Positions 46,501 to 59,600 of a DNA stretch of 64,000 nt are shown in pieces. The stretch comes from Tubulanus polymorphus. Its lineage: Eukaryota; Animalia; Nemertea. The number at the start of each line of letters is the position of its first letter. The first letter of the stretch is position 1. The DNA is taken from positions 20,702,950 to 20,766,949 of the forward strand of contig NC_134029.1 in assembly GCF_964204645.1 (NCBI RefSeq), read 5' to 3'. The notes under the pieces were generated by a model. It searched no databases. It saw nothing but the letters and a program-made list of their open reading frames with translations, and was not told the origin of the DNA. A program made the translations under genes and the position numbers.

Positions 46501-49500
46501 ATGTAGAACTCTTTTTAATAAGCGGCATTCCAAGGATCGATTCAACAGTTACATTATGATCATACAGCCACACCATCCTCTGTATTGTCATTTTATCAAC
46601 ACCGTGAGAGTTCAATCTAAAACAACAGTTATCAACAGTATAAGACTAGAAATGACTATGACTGTTTCATCTCGTATAACCTCAACTTACCTGGCTAATT
46701 CCTTTGGTTTGAACTTCCATGGTGTATTTGGTTCAACTAATTCGACGTGATAGCCATTTTTCACTCCCTAAAGTGATTAAAGTATATCGTAATCAAAGGA
46801 GCTCTTTGAATCATGAGTTAAATACCGTAATTGAAAATGAACTACACAACCATTCGAGTGGTTTCTGAGCTACAAACCTATCATTGAAATCAAAAATACA
46901 TACCATGTCTACATAAGACTTCATCTCCCAAGCTTTAACATTAGTGTTATCAATGATGACTGGTGATGTCCTCTTTAGAAAGGCTTTTTGTGCTAAAAGA
47001 AACACAATATTTCGCCTATGATGATAATACACCAGGTTTCCATTTTGTGTCTATCTATCCTATAGCCTTATAGCAAGTAGGCCTATCAGTAAATACTTAC
47101 CACGTCGCTGATTCCACTCATGAGCTTCACTGAGTTTCTCGCGATCATAGCTATAAGTTCCATTATCAGTCATAAAATAATCATCCGTAGATAAAACTAC
47201 TCCATTAAACTGCAATGACCTACAAGAAATGAATACACAAAACAAAGTTAGTATCAGGCCTTACAATTTTGTTTGCCTAAAGATATGTCCTATAGGCCTA
47301 TAGCGCGTACCTTGCTAGAGTAGATTTTCCACTTCCAGGACAACCCCTCATCATTATCAAGACGAATTTCTTATTCTTCAACAAACCAGCTACTTTTTCA
47401 ATCAGACGTTTTTTGTACATATCATTATTGGCATCTTTTCTGTTCGATATCGTACGCGAATTCATCGTCGGTTGTTCTTTCATCTTTCCAGCTAACGACG
47501 CGAAACTTCTTTTAGGCATTTGCCCAAAATTATTCGTATATTTTTGGTGATAGAGACTCGGTTTCAATATGGTGGGAGGATTGAAGAATGGTGCTTTTTC
47601 AGACGAATGCTTTCTATCTGGACGAGATGCGGTTTGAAATGTGGGGACGATGAAATCATTGTGATTTCCTGATGGTCGAGGCACAAAAGCAGGTGCATCA
47701 ATGGAAAGACTCGCTTTTGAAATTTCTTGCGGAGGAGTTGAGCTGGTTTCGATCTCAGTAAGTTGTTGTGAAGAATTTGAATGTGAGCTATTCTTCTTGA
47801 AGTTTGCATCAGTTGAATTTTTTAAGTCATCACAGTTAGAAACAGAGGAAGCAAATACTTTCTCTCCCTCGCACACCGGTAAAGGTTTTGCTTGAGAAAC
47901 GCGCTGTTCTTTTCCGTTACTGCAAGCGGTATTTTGAGAGAAAATTGGGGAAACCTCAACAAATTCGATAGTAGTGGAAAGGGAAGATCCAATTTCCCCA
48001 CTAGAAACGGCAGAAGAATTTTCAACCGAAGGCAAATCGATTTCCCGTTCTAGTTCATTGTTTGTTTGTTCATTCCTGCAGTGGTCTGAAGAACCGAGAA
48101 CTGAATTCAGAGAATCCATATTGACCAGTCGTTGAAGCGGTGGCGGACCTTTCAAAACATCTCCAACGTCATTAGTAAATGGCTCGGCTGAATAAAAAGT
48201 TGCCTTTTCTCCAACAGGTTTAGATTTCGATACATTTTTCAAACCATCAAGAGAAGAATTCAACGGAGAAGATTTAGAAGAAGACTGTTCAGTCATAATT
48301 AAGGGATTGTAAGTGATTTTAGCACTTTTCTCTGCAATAGGTGCAGACTTCTTTCCACGAACAACATTTTTTCGTGCTCCAAGATTGAGACAATCCTCCT
48401 TACCAGAAGATGGCTGGTTTGAACTCAACGAATCACGAAGCGGAAACGCACCGCTATCATCTTCATATTGTAAACTCTGGGTGTATTCTTCACCGGGTGA
48501 TTCATTGATAGGCCGTTGAATCTCCGCTGCATTCGATTTTGGGGCAGCTGAACTTCCATTCCCCACTGACTGAATTACTTCTGTCTGTTGTTGATCTGTA
48601 CTCATCAATGCCGTGTAGTCTAGATCAAATTCGTCATTTTCGAAATAATAACTATCGATGTAGCCACAACCGAAATTTTGTTCGTTACCGACCAAAGACG
48701 AGATATCGTCATTTTGTCCGGGTAGGATTGCAGAAACGCTATTGGTCATAGTAGAACTTGCATTAATCGGTGAAGATTTATAGAAATTTGACGCGATGGA
48801 TTTCAGAGAAATTCTATCATCATCAAGGGATGGCTCTGTGATTCTCGACGGCTGTTCTCCGGTCATATTGAACAATGCATCCAAAGTGTTTTCAACTACA
48901 GAAAAAAATGAACAGTGAGCTAGATTTGTAACTGAACTATTCATTATTTTCTGTAGGGCTGCCTAATGAATCTTAACATTTTGATATTTGTCAAGCTTGG
49001 TTTTCATCTTTTCGGCTTTCTAATTTGTGGGACTTGGGAATCATAATTCATTTGAGACACAGTGTAAATATCTACCTCGTAATTATGAAATGGGGTTAAA
49101 AGCTTAAATTAGGGCCTAACTGGAACAGTTTCGCAAAGTCAAGTTCATTGAGATAAATCGCTATATTCTAAATACGAAACCCTAATATTTGGCCTACATG
49201 GTGCACAAACCACATTGTTTCTGAGGATAATCAATTATATGCATCTGCACGTTTTTCATGCATGATGATGGGATTGTTGATTAATTAATTGGTGTATTCA
49301 ATTAGTTAATTTAATCAATTAACCTAATTATGATGGGTTACCTTGCCAGTTGTATTCCGAAAGGACAATTTGAATGACTTCGGGATCTATTTGACCGTGA
49401 AACATTTCCTTAACTTGTTGAAAAATACGATCTCGATCCAGTGGTCCAACCACGTCCACGGTGGTAGTTGTTGTTGTTGAAGAATTTGGCCATGCTGAGG

Positions 49501-49552
49501 ATTTTACACCCGTTGAACTAATATCTAATCGTTCTCTCTTCTTTCTCGGCAT
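40509..49552 (-). CDS. N4BP2: NEDD4-binding protein 2 (CUE + P-loop polynucleotide kinase + DUF1771 + Smr endonuclease; Cue2/NONU-1 family)
   Basis: First coding exon 49552-49342 (MPRKKR, CUE-like). Exon 48895-47311 ends in the Walker A motif MRGCPGSGKST. Later exons give STDDYF, IIDNTN and EPNTPWKFKPKELAR-LNSHGV, then a large acidic exon (~46387-43848), DUF1771 YIDFRAEATLH, and Smr motifs LDLHGLH and ITGRGLHS. The last exon 40551-40509 reads KFQKLNDGLLKVTI*. Confidence 0.93.
42030..42340. mobile_element. Interspersed repeat in an N4BP2 intron (Helitron/Helentron-associated non-autonomous type, tentative)
   Basis: Motifs AGGTCATCTTCAAGGTCATG, ATACCCAAGTTTC and GACAGAC resemble invertebrate non-autonomous repeats. 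The family assignment is tentative. Confidence 0.35.
43292..43455 (+). mobile_element. CR1/L2-type LINE ORF2 C-terminal fragment in an N4BP2 intron
   Basis: Translates to TRGHPYILEKRQCHMNFRSK*STNRIVNYWDTLPTEVVEALSVNSFKT, a decayed version of the TRGH...R.V..WN.LP..VV.A.S...FK motif. Confidence 0.75.
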
Positions 49553-49699
49553 GATGTGCTTTTCTACTTTCGATTTCTGTAGCTGTCAGGCGAATAAACG
49601 AAGCGTGACTGTCACGAATTTCATGGTAAACAATTTGAAATGTTGCTCTGGGATTCTCATTTCCTGGTTCGGTTCTTTTTTATTAACCTTGCTAAAGGA

Positions 49700-50040
49700 G
49701 GAATGCTCCGACTTACGTGCCAGTGTCTACGCTGCAATTAATACGGAAATATTTGATGAAAGCCGCTCTGTGATTGGCTGAAGCTCCAGACATCCTAAAT
49801 ACATTTTGTTACGAAAAAGACAAGAAAAAGAGTTTTCTTTGGGATGAACAGCGTGTAAACTATCTGAAACTATCTTTTCAAGAGTGCTAATCGTTTTTTG
49901 ACATGAAAGTTGCCCGAAAAGTTCTGAAAATCTTCAAAACAGGCTCTAATTGCAAATGATGAATTGACCAATAGGAGCGAGCGTAACATGGCGTAAATTG
50001 TCCAGCTAGCAGAAGCCTATTTGGCGCCATTTTGAGGTAA
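49700..50040. promoter_or_regulatory. Bidirectional promoter between N4BP2 and PDS5, with non-coding first exons
   Basis: Head-to-head genes. Oppositely oriented CCAAT boxes (~49773 and ~49969), YY1-like motifs (ACATGGCG and CGCCATTTTG), a plus-strand donor GAG|GTAAAT at about 50036 and a minus-strand donor GTAAGT at about 49717. Confidence 0.65.
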
Positions 50041-50687
50041 ATCATCGCATTTTTCGCTTCGGATATCTCGATTTATTGCATATCGGTGGGCATTTCGACC
50101 GTATTAATCACGGGTGCTGAATAACCCCGCACTAACCTACACGCATGTGTATATATAACCCGTTTAGAATGGGCCAAATCGTTAGAAAACGACAGTCGAA
50201 GTGTTCAGCTTTCAGTTTTGACCGCATCGATGACGGCGCCCTCTATTAGATGCGTTGAATAAAAGAAAGACCTGCCATTAATTCGAAATTTTGTTGTTTA
50301 ATCCTTGAAGTATGTCGATAGCCAACCCTGCTGATATTGTACATGTACACTTTTTGCTGTGTGCCCCACTTTTATTCTGTGACTGACTACAGAGAGTGCG
50401 TGTATATAGAGAAATAGGCCTTAGATGCAACAGGAATTTATTATTGAAATATTGATTACCCGTCCCTGATGATGATAGTAATATTATTAAAAGAATAATC
50501 ATTTAATCGTTGCTGTAGAGATTTGAATAAACAGTTAGAGCAAGCCTTCTTATTTACCTAGCAAGAACCAGGGGCCAGGAAAATTTGATCAACTGAAAGA
50601 AAGAAAGTCAATGATAATATTTATTGCGTTGACCTTGTTTCTCTTTCACTCTTCTGTTTAGATTGATTCGTAATGTAAAAACTCAAA

Positions 50688-53600
50688 ATGCCGATGAACA
50701 CCAGCACCGAAATTATCTACCCTCCGGGGTGTAAAGGTTTGGACGAGGATGTCGGCAGCGACAGCGAAATGTTGCGTCGACTCAAGGCGATCGCTTTGAA
50801 ATTCCGCGAAATGGGCCAGGAAGATAACAGCCAGTATCGAAGCCTGGCCCTCTACCTCGCATCGGAACCGTTCATGGATCACACGAATAAAGATATTCGT
50901 TTATTGACCGCTTGTTGTTTGGCCGATGTATTCAGGATATTTGCGCCGGACGCTCCGTACATGGATGATGCCGAGAAAGTGAAGGTATGTGCAGCGCGCC
51001 CGTAATGTTTAGAAAGTAAAGTCTTCCTCAAAGGAAGTATCAATGATACTTAAAATTTATTTCGTTTTAGGAAATATTTTTGTTCTTCGTGAAACAACTT
51101 CGTGGTTTAGAAGACACGGAATCGGCGTCGTTCAAAAGGTGTTTCTATCTTTTGGAGGTAAGAAGTCCACAGAATGTCCTACTAAAGCTGAAACATAAAG
51201 ATTTGCACTATTTTGGCGTAGATCTTTTCTTCCGGAATTTGTATTTTATGTTTAATTTTTTGGTGGTATTTTCAGAATCTTGCTTACGTAAAATCGTTCA
51301 ACATCTGTATCGATATCGATGATACCCAGGAAGTGTTTTGTAGTCTGTTCAAATGTTTCTTCGGTATAATCAGGTAAGCAGCTATGATGATAATGATAAT
51401 ATTAGTAATAATAATGATTAATTTGCTTTATAGTGCAAATATAGTATGATCATAGCGCATTATATCAATAAGTTACAATAATGATTAGTTGAAATATCTT
51501 CGGAATTGAAGGATGCAGCTATGGCTAAAAGCCAACAATGCCATCTTAAATATGTCCTTCCTGAAAAGTTTGCTGCTTTCGAAAATCTATTGACATAAGA
51601 TTCTCTGATAAGTAAACCGTAAATCTGAGAACAAAACTCAGGTAGTTAATGACAAGGGTTAGATCACTATGTAGTGGTCATTAATAGATTGAATTCATGG
51701 CCATTCATTCCGACGTGATCTTGTAGAACTGAGACTTGCAAAACCTGCATGAAGATGATATAAATTCAAACTTTGTTTTCTAGTGAAAAGCACACGACTC
51801 CGGTGAAAAACTGTATGTTAGATATAATGGGTCCGATTCTAACCGAGTCGGACAACGTCTCGCAGGAATTACTGGATATCATTCTATTGACTATCGTCGA
51901 GCCGTACAAGGTCAGTTTTCTGATACCGTTTATCAAAACAGTAATTTCGCAGTTTGTATCTTAGGTTGGCGTTTGTGTTGGTTTGAAATGACCAGGGTCG
52001 TCCTGAACTGAAATTGTATCGTTATATGAAAACTTACTAGATATTTTTGGAAAATGAAGATCCTACTTCATATTCCATTTCGAAGCGATTTTGTACATAA
52101 ACATCTCCACTAAACTTGTTTCTTATTGATTTCTAATTTTTTTCAGAGTCAGAATCGTGAAGCGAATTCCCTCGCTCGTGATCTAATACGACGTACCGCC
52201 AATTCTATTTCCGCTTACATCCAAACGGTACGTGTATTATTTCCTTCATTCAACTGCGTTTGATCGAACTATCGCGAAACGACTGTTTAGCTTAAATTTT
52301 GCATTTCGTAATTTCAGTTCTTCAATAATTCGCTGGTGATCGGGAAGACGTCGGAAAGTGAAGTATCCGATCATATATTTCATCTGATTTACGAGCTGAA
52401 CCAAATCGCTCCCAATATACTCCTATCTGTCCTACCGCAGTTAGAATTCAAATTGAAGGCAAGTTTCATATAGTTATGTACATTTATACACTGCGGAAGT
52501 GTCCTAATTAAGGTTATACGTTTGATTTTTGAAATAAAAACGTTCGTCTCTTTAGAGTAATGACGAGAGTGAACGTAAATTAGTGACGAGACTTCTCGCG
52601 AAAATGTTTTCCGACAAAGACTCCGATTTGGCCATGACAAACCAGAAATTGTGGATCTGTTTCCTGGGAAGGTAAGTCGTTCGACAACATCTTCAAATCA
52701 GCTGGCCTTAGAAATAAGAATTATGGTTGTACCTTCTAAGTATTTTAGATTTTGATTGAGATCTATCTCTTGTACGAATGCTTCATTTTGAAGCAGATTG
52801 GAGCGAGCATTAGCCCTATTAGTGGTTGACTGCAAAACTGTCTCACAATTTCAGATTCAACGATATAAATTTGGGCGTTCGAACGACCTGCGTGTTACAC
52901 TCTCAACAATTCATCCTGAATCAACCCGATTTAAAAGACGAAATAACAGGTAGGCTACTGACCCCGTTCTTAGCTTATTCGAATATTCCTTCGTTTCGCA
53001 ATATCCGGATGATTATTCGCCGTAATTTCGTTCGTAGAGCAATTGAAGATGCGTTTACACGACGCCGAGGAAAGCGTTCGACACGATGCCGTTATGGCAA
53101 TCGTCAACGCGGCTAAGAAGGATCTTTCGGCCGTCACGGATGATTTACTCGCGTTAGTTAAAGAAAGAACGTTGGATAAAAAAGTAAGAAGTTCTTCCGA
53201 AAAGTTGATTGCGACAACATAAAATCGTAATTGTTATTTTTGTATGTCATTTTGTTTAATAACAAGGTGATATTCATTTGTTTAAGACCTTTATGATTTT
53301 GATTATCTATTATTCATTGATTTATTATCTATTACATTTATTAGTCATGATTATTCATTTATCATAATTGTTTTGACAATTACTTACAGTTTAAAATTCG
53401 TCGTGAAGCGCTGATCGGATTGTCGCAGATCTACAAAAAAGGCGTGCTCCTCGCTGAAGACCGAGATCCTATACAGAGCGCGAGAATCAGCTGGATTAAA
53501 GATAAAGTGCTACACGGTTACTATCAGAACAATATCGAAGACAAGTACGTTGATTTTTCCTACACGTGACCCGCTCAGTCCAGTTGATCCAAACATTTAA

Positions 53601-56600
53601 ATGAAGTCTGTTATTCATTGAAAACTAGTTCAATTAAGTAGATTATACCGGGTGGCCACGTACCTGGAACTCAGTCTATGTATCTAGCAAATCAGATGTG
53701 CTGTGTGATACAGATAGTTTCTGTCTATGTTGTACATATTTGACTGTGTGATCCAATTCTTAGATGAAGTCGGGAAAAAACAATGTGTATCTCAAGGAAC
53801 AGTCAGGGGAAAAGCAAGACAGATAATAGTGACCACCTTGTATCCAGACTTATCATTGGTCAAAATCCTGATTAAACTCTCTAGATCTAATAGCGGTTTT
53901 ATTTCTATATCGAATTTCTGGTTGAATGAACTTCGTTTGCTCGTGAATATGAAAACAATGACAACTTCGGTTGGAACAATCATTGATTGTTTTACTACGT
54001 TTATTTGCAGGGTGTTGATAGAGCGTTTGTTTAAACTGAATTTAGTACCGTATAGTTACGATCACGAAAGTCGCATGAATACGCTATACGAGCTGTACGA
54101 ATCATTGGACCATAATTCAGTCAAGTGAGTAATTTAGCATTTTGTCAGTCTGCAAATAGTGCTATTGGGAGCTCGGTCTATGAATTTATAAATTTAGGAA
54201 AATTGAAAATAATCTATGCTTTTTATGATAGAACGATAACCACACTCAAACGTGGCGAATGGATAATAAGATAAAAACCCACTATCTACAGATTAAAAGA
54301 ATTTAAAAACAAGAATTTATTTATTCAATCTAAAATATATATAAGACACGACGTTTCGATCTCACCCTAGAGATCATCGTCAGGTGTGAGATATAGACTA
54401 AAAACAGGGGTATATATATATACAGAGGAGAACAGGTTAATTGAGCTTTTTATGATGTTTACAAAGAAAAGATCCGTTGAATCTTTCTGGAATTGAGGTA
54501 TCTTGATTGTACATTGCTTATCTATTTATGTTCTCAGGGCGTTGAATGAGATGCTGCGGTGTCAAAATCAAATACTTCTACTAGTGCGACAGATCATGTC
54601 CCTGAAACCCGAGCACGAGCAAATCCGACAAAACAAAATCATGGCCATCATTAGTAAGTAGAAGAAATTCATGCGCGATTCTTAAAGAAGACCGTCGTTC
54701 GAACTGGCTAGATAATTCTCAATGATATTCTACTTTAAGGAACATTACCGGAACAGCACCGAACGAGCGAACATATTAAAAAGTTTTTCTCGATGGTTCG
54801 AGACGACAAAGGTCTGGAGAAATCGATGTTGAAACTAATCTCGATAGACTGCACGTGTAAGGACGCCGAGGAGAAACTGGTACGTTATTTCTTTTTAACC
54901 CGTAAAGGTAATTTTTGATAGGTTCGAGATTTTAGCCGTAGTGTCCTCGGGCAAGACACTTATCCTCATTGCCTCTCTCCACCCAGGAGTAAATGGGTAC
55001 CTGGCCCGATAGATGACTCCCGAGCGTTTGTTAGCAGCTCGGTGTTACTTCTCCCCAGGGAGAGATGACTGATACATGTTAGAGTATAAAATTGGCCGGG
55101 GTAATAATATCGAAAAATGTAAAGCGCTCTGAGCAGCCTGGTTGGATTTGGCGCTATATAAGACATATTATTATATTATTATTGTTTAGGAACTGCGGGG
55201 CACATTTCTCTCGTTATTATTGACGCGGAAAGATTAGGACATACAACGGTTTCTGGGATTTCGTAGTTTCGACGAAGCACATAAATTTATCACGTCAACG
55301 AATATTGTACATTGTAGAAAGATATTCTTCGCAAAATGGGAAATCCGAACCCTTCGAACACCTGTTTCACGAACGTGAAAACGTTAGTCGAAAGGATCGC
55401 TCCGGTGATGGTCGACGTGCACGCGATGAAGTATCTGATCAAACTCGTCGATTCTGCTCTTTGTAATCGTAATCAGTTCGACGGCGAGAAAGGCATGCAG
55501 TTGATGCTGGTAAGTGTAAATTCAAGGTGGCCACTGACCGGGAAAACTCAGGGTGTCAGAAAGAAATTCGAGGAAAACTCGGGGAGTTTGACAAATTTCT
55601 CGGGGAATTTTGATATGCTATTGACCACAATATGTGATAGTGAAATATTGTTAGATTTGCTATATAACTAAGGCAGTCTTAAACTGGTCTTCGATCTAAC
55701 CATGCGACTGGGCAGAAATTTTAATGAATGGACATATTGTATATTGGTGTTGTTTCTTAGTCTAATCATCTTTTTGGACCGAATATTGATTTTTTCCTTC
55801 CAAGTTCCAAAATTAATTGGATCAGCAGCCATTTACTGATTATCTGAATTTGCTTCCTACAATTTTCCAGATGTTGTCGTCCGTATACCCGGGGGCGTTT
55901 AATCATGAAGACGTCTATAAGCAATTGATTGCATTCCTCAAATCCGATGACGAAAGCATTTGTAAGTAGATCGCATCTTAGCTTTACCTGTGTGTATGAA
56001 TGTGTATACATGCATTTGTTCGTCTTACATTTCAGCATATCTCGCAATCAAAATTTTCTGCAATATCGGAGATCGCCTGCATAAAGTCAACAAGGCTGAG
56101 TTTGAGTAAGTTGTCCGCTGAATCCAGATTTCGTTGATAATTTAGAAAAGTGTGATTCTCTTTTAATTTGGGTGAATTTTTTCGAAACCAATTTTTACCG
56201 TGGTCGAATTAATCTCAAAATATTAGATTTGTTTCGTTTTCTTTTACTTTAAAAAAATGATATCAAATGATACTGAACTGAACTTGGCTGCGCACGTTTT
56301 CAGGAATCTGAAAATGGAACTCGAAGAACTCGGACAAGATGGCAACCCTAAACAAGCTAAAAATGCGATTAAATGTTTGAAAGTCGTTTGCCCGGTGACC
56401 GACGATAAAGTCTTCTCATCGATATTTCAGGTGAATATTCTCAAATCATTTTAAATTCCGTGGCCATTAATTCGAAAAGTTTGAGGTTCTGGGCTAAAAA
56501 TAAAAATCACCCGTATTTTCCGTGGGTTTAACTCTAGTTTTACTATTAATATTGAACCGATGTATTATTTACAGAACTCTAAAACCGGATTAGATCCGGC

Positions 56601-59600
56601 GAATCCGACGTTTGAAACGGCGATCGTCGCGGTCGGTCAGATCGCCGGAATGTTCCCCGACGTTTACCGCGACGAAGCTAAATCCATCATCTCGAACATA
56701 TTCGTCAAGAAATTACTCATGCAAGATTTGGTAAGTCGAAACCAGGGTCCGGTTTTAGAGACTCGTATTATCTTTAACCCGGGGGCTAACTCAAGTCATA
56801 ATTCGATTGAGTTAACCCTAACCTAAGCTACTGTCTGTCACTCATGCTCGGTAAACTATCAACGATAGATGAAAACACGAACAAATTTATGCTAGTTCAT
56901 GATTTATTTCTGAATGAGAATTCCTTACTGAACAAATTGATGCATAATATTTACAGATAAACTGTTTATTAAAGAAATTACGGACCAAAACGTCGCACGG
57001 AGAGCATGTGTGACTGACAGTAATACCGCTATAATACCGGCCCCAGAATTTTATCCGAAGAAATGATTCTCGGTTCCCCTTGAAATTAATGAAGTCATGT
57101 TTGTCCGCTGGATTGTTTAGTTCCTGACATTCTCCCGGTTGTCCCCGATTTGTAAATACGCGAATATTCTTCTTAAGCAAGTCTTACAAAATTTCAGTAC
57201 GGCGAGGAAGGGGAAGGTCCCGACAACTGGTGTGACCGAGAACAATGCTCAAGTGGAACCCGGGCCAAGGTAAGCTCGTTTTATTCGAAAGATGATGCAT
57301 TGCGAAATCTCTCGCGGTTTCTTCTTAATTGTCCTTCGTTTTCAGCTACACGGAATCAAAGCTATAGTCAGATGGCTCGTAGGTTTGAAAAGTAACGCGA
57401 ACGGTCTGTGTACGTCTACTATGCGTCTGCTTATAACGGTGATTAACAACAACGGCGACCTCATGGAACACGGCAAAATCAGGTAAAATATTATATATAT
57501 CTTTCTATTAACGAACAATACCCTCCTAGAGCCACAAAATTATGTGTAGAGAAATTGATATTGAATATTGAATATTGAATCAGGGGCTTGTGTTGCACTC
57601 TAGTTCAAGCTGGTTTGAAGATTGTTCGCAAAACCAAAATGGAAATTTCCAATTATGTACTCTGTACCGGTTTAAAGAAAACTTCTGTAAATTCAATCGA
57701 TCATCTATCATTCTGTACTTGGATTTCAAAATCAAACCCTGTTTCACTCCGGGCACGGGTAGTAGGTTTGTAAGGGACTCTGGTTCGAATCTAAATCAAT
57801 TTACCAAATAAATCAGAGTGAGGATTTCCTATTTAAAAGATTAAAGAAAGCATTAAAAAGGAATGAACTTTGACGCTTGTTAGAATTAACAAATAACTGT
57901 TGAACTGAATTCTCGCTGGCTGTTCCGAGTAAGAAATGGCTTCAAGGTAAATTGAGTGAAACAAAGTGGGTCAAATTGCTACGATTATCAATTTCAGTAA
58001 AGCAGATATGGCTCATCTTCGTCTGGCAGCGGCGTGCGGGATCGTCAAATTAGCTCAGGAACATGTTTATACGGATATCGTACAGCTTCACCACTTTCAA
58101 ACTGTAGCTCTCATCCTCAATGTAAGTTTTTAAAACCGTGCAGACTACCTGTTGTCTCTAAAGGTAGTAGTTTTCGCCACCAATAATGAGAGTAATTTAA
58201 CCTTGAAGGTCGCAGTTTCATCGAAAATGATCAAAAATGAACTAGAAATTATTCCGATTTTGAGAGTATTGCGATATTTTTGGGAGTAGCTGACAGAGCT
58301 ATTGAAAATAGTAGAAACTATTCTCAAATATTAGTGGTAATCTGGTCTGCGTACCGCTGCTTCATCTGTTTTTCGACGTTTTATCATAAAATCTTACCGT
58401 TACATGATTTTGGATGAAATAGAATTTATAAATGAAATAATCATGAAAAAGAAAAAATTTAATAATCCAAGTTCTTATGTATTTATAGTATTTACTTGCA
58501 CATAGAATGAAATTAGATATCCATAGCTTCGGTCTGTTAATTTGCCGATATTTTGCCGGCTATTTTAAATCGGTCCGTATTTGTGAATGTTTCAGGATGC
58601 GTGTTATCAAGTTCGTCGGACATTCGCGCAAAAGTTGAATCACGGACTCATGCAGTTCAAGTTGCCGCTGGAATACATGGCGATGTTTTCGCTGGCCGCC
58701 AGCGATCCCGTTGCCGACCACCGAAACGCCGTCAAAGGTTACATCCAGAAAAACATCTCTAAACGTCGCGAATATTTGAAGTTCAGTCCCGCCGCTAACG
58801 GTAGGCACGGCGAAATTGTGGTTTAGTTCGTGCGGTTTATTTCTAGAATTTTACTTGGAAGGCGTAAAATTTTTTTTCTATTGTAGCTAAAATATTCTCA
58901 CTGTTACCGGAGTATGTGCTGCCCTATACGATACATCTGCTGGCTCATGACCCGGATTTCGTCAGACCCGATGATGTAGAAATGCTCGCCTCATTAAAAG
59001 AGTACGTACTTCTCGATGATGATATCTTGATGTATCCAAATTCGTTCACGAAAGCTCGCTAAGTCTTTTTCGTTGGTATAATTCAGCGTTCGAAACCAGT
59101 TTAACAATCAACTGGACTTGGCGAGCTTTCAGCCCCAGCATGTAACTAACTTCCAAACCAAACTCTAACGCTCCCGTACCAAAGATTAACCTGTTAAATG
59201 TTGTCACTTTCTCGCTGGCGTTTTTAGATGTTTGTGGTTTATCCTGGAGCCGTTAATGATGAAGAATGAACAATACAATTACACGTTCTTTCATAAAATG
59301 TTAGAAAACATCAAGCAAACGAAGGATGCGCAGTGTCCAGAAAATCAGGCCGCCAATGAGGTAAATACTGCGATGGATTTCTCAAAACACCTGGTCTCTG
59401 GTCCCGCTTCTTCCATCAACTAACTTGTACTTCATGGACCTGCTGATAATAATTGGTACTTTATATATTACCTAAGCCCTGTACTAGTAGCTTTACCCGA
59501 ACATATATAAAACCGACCGCAAAATTGCAACAATTAAAAACTTCATAGCGAATATATTTCCAGTACTGAGATCACAATTTTGCTGATGTCAATTCATCAG

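Noticed and set aside
550-49552. Functional clustering of ubiquitin-binding genes (UBAP2L UBA, UBE2K UBA, N4BP2 CUE)
   Set aside because: No evidence of co-regulation, and UBAP2L is separated by 30 kb of GPCR cluster; likely coincidental.
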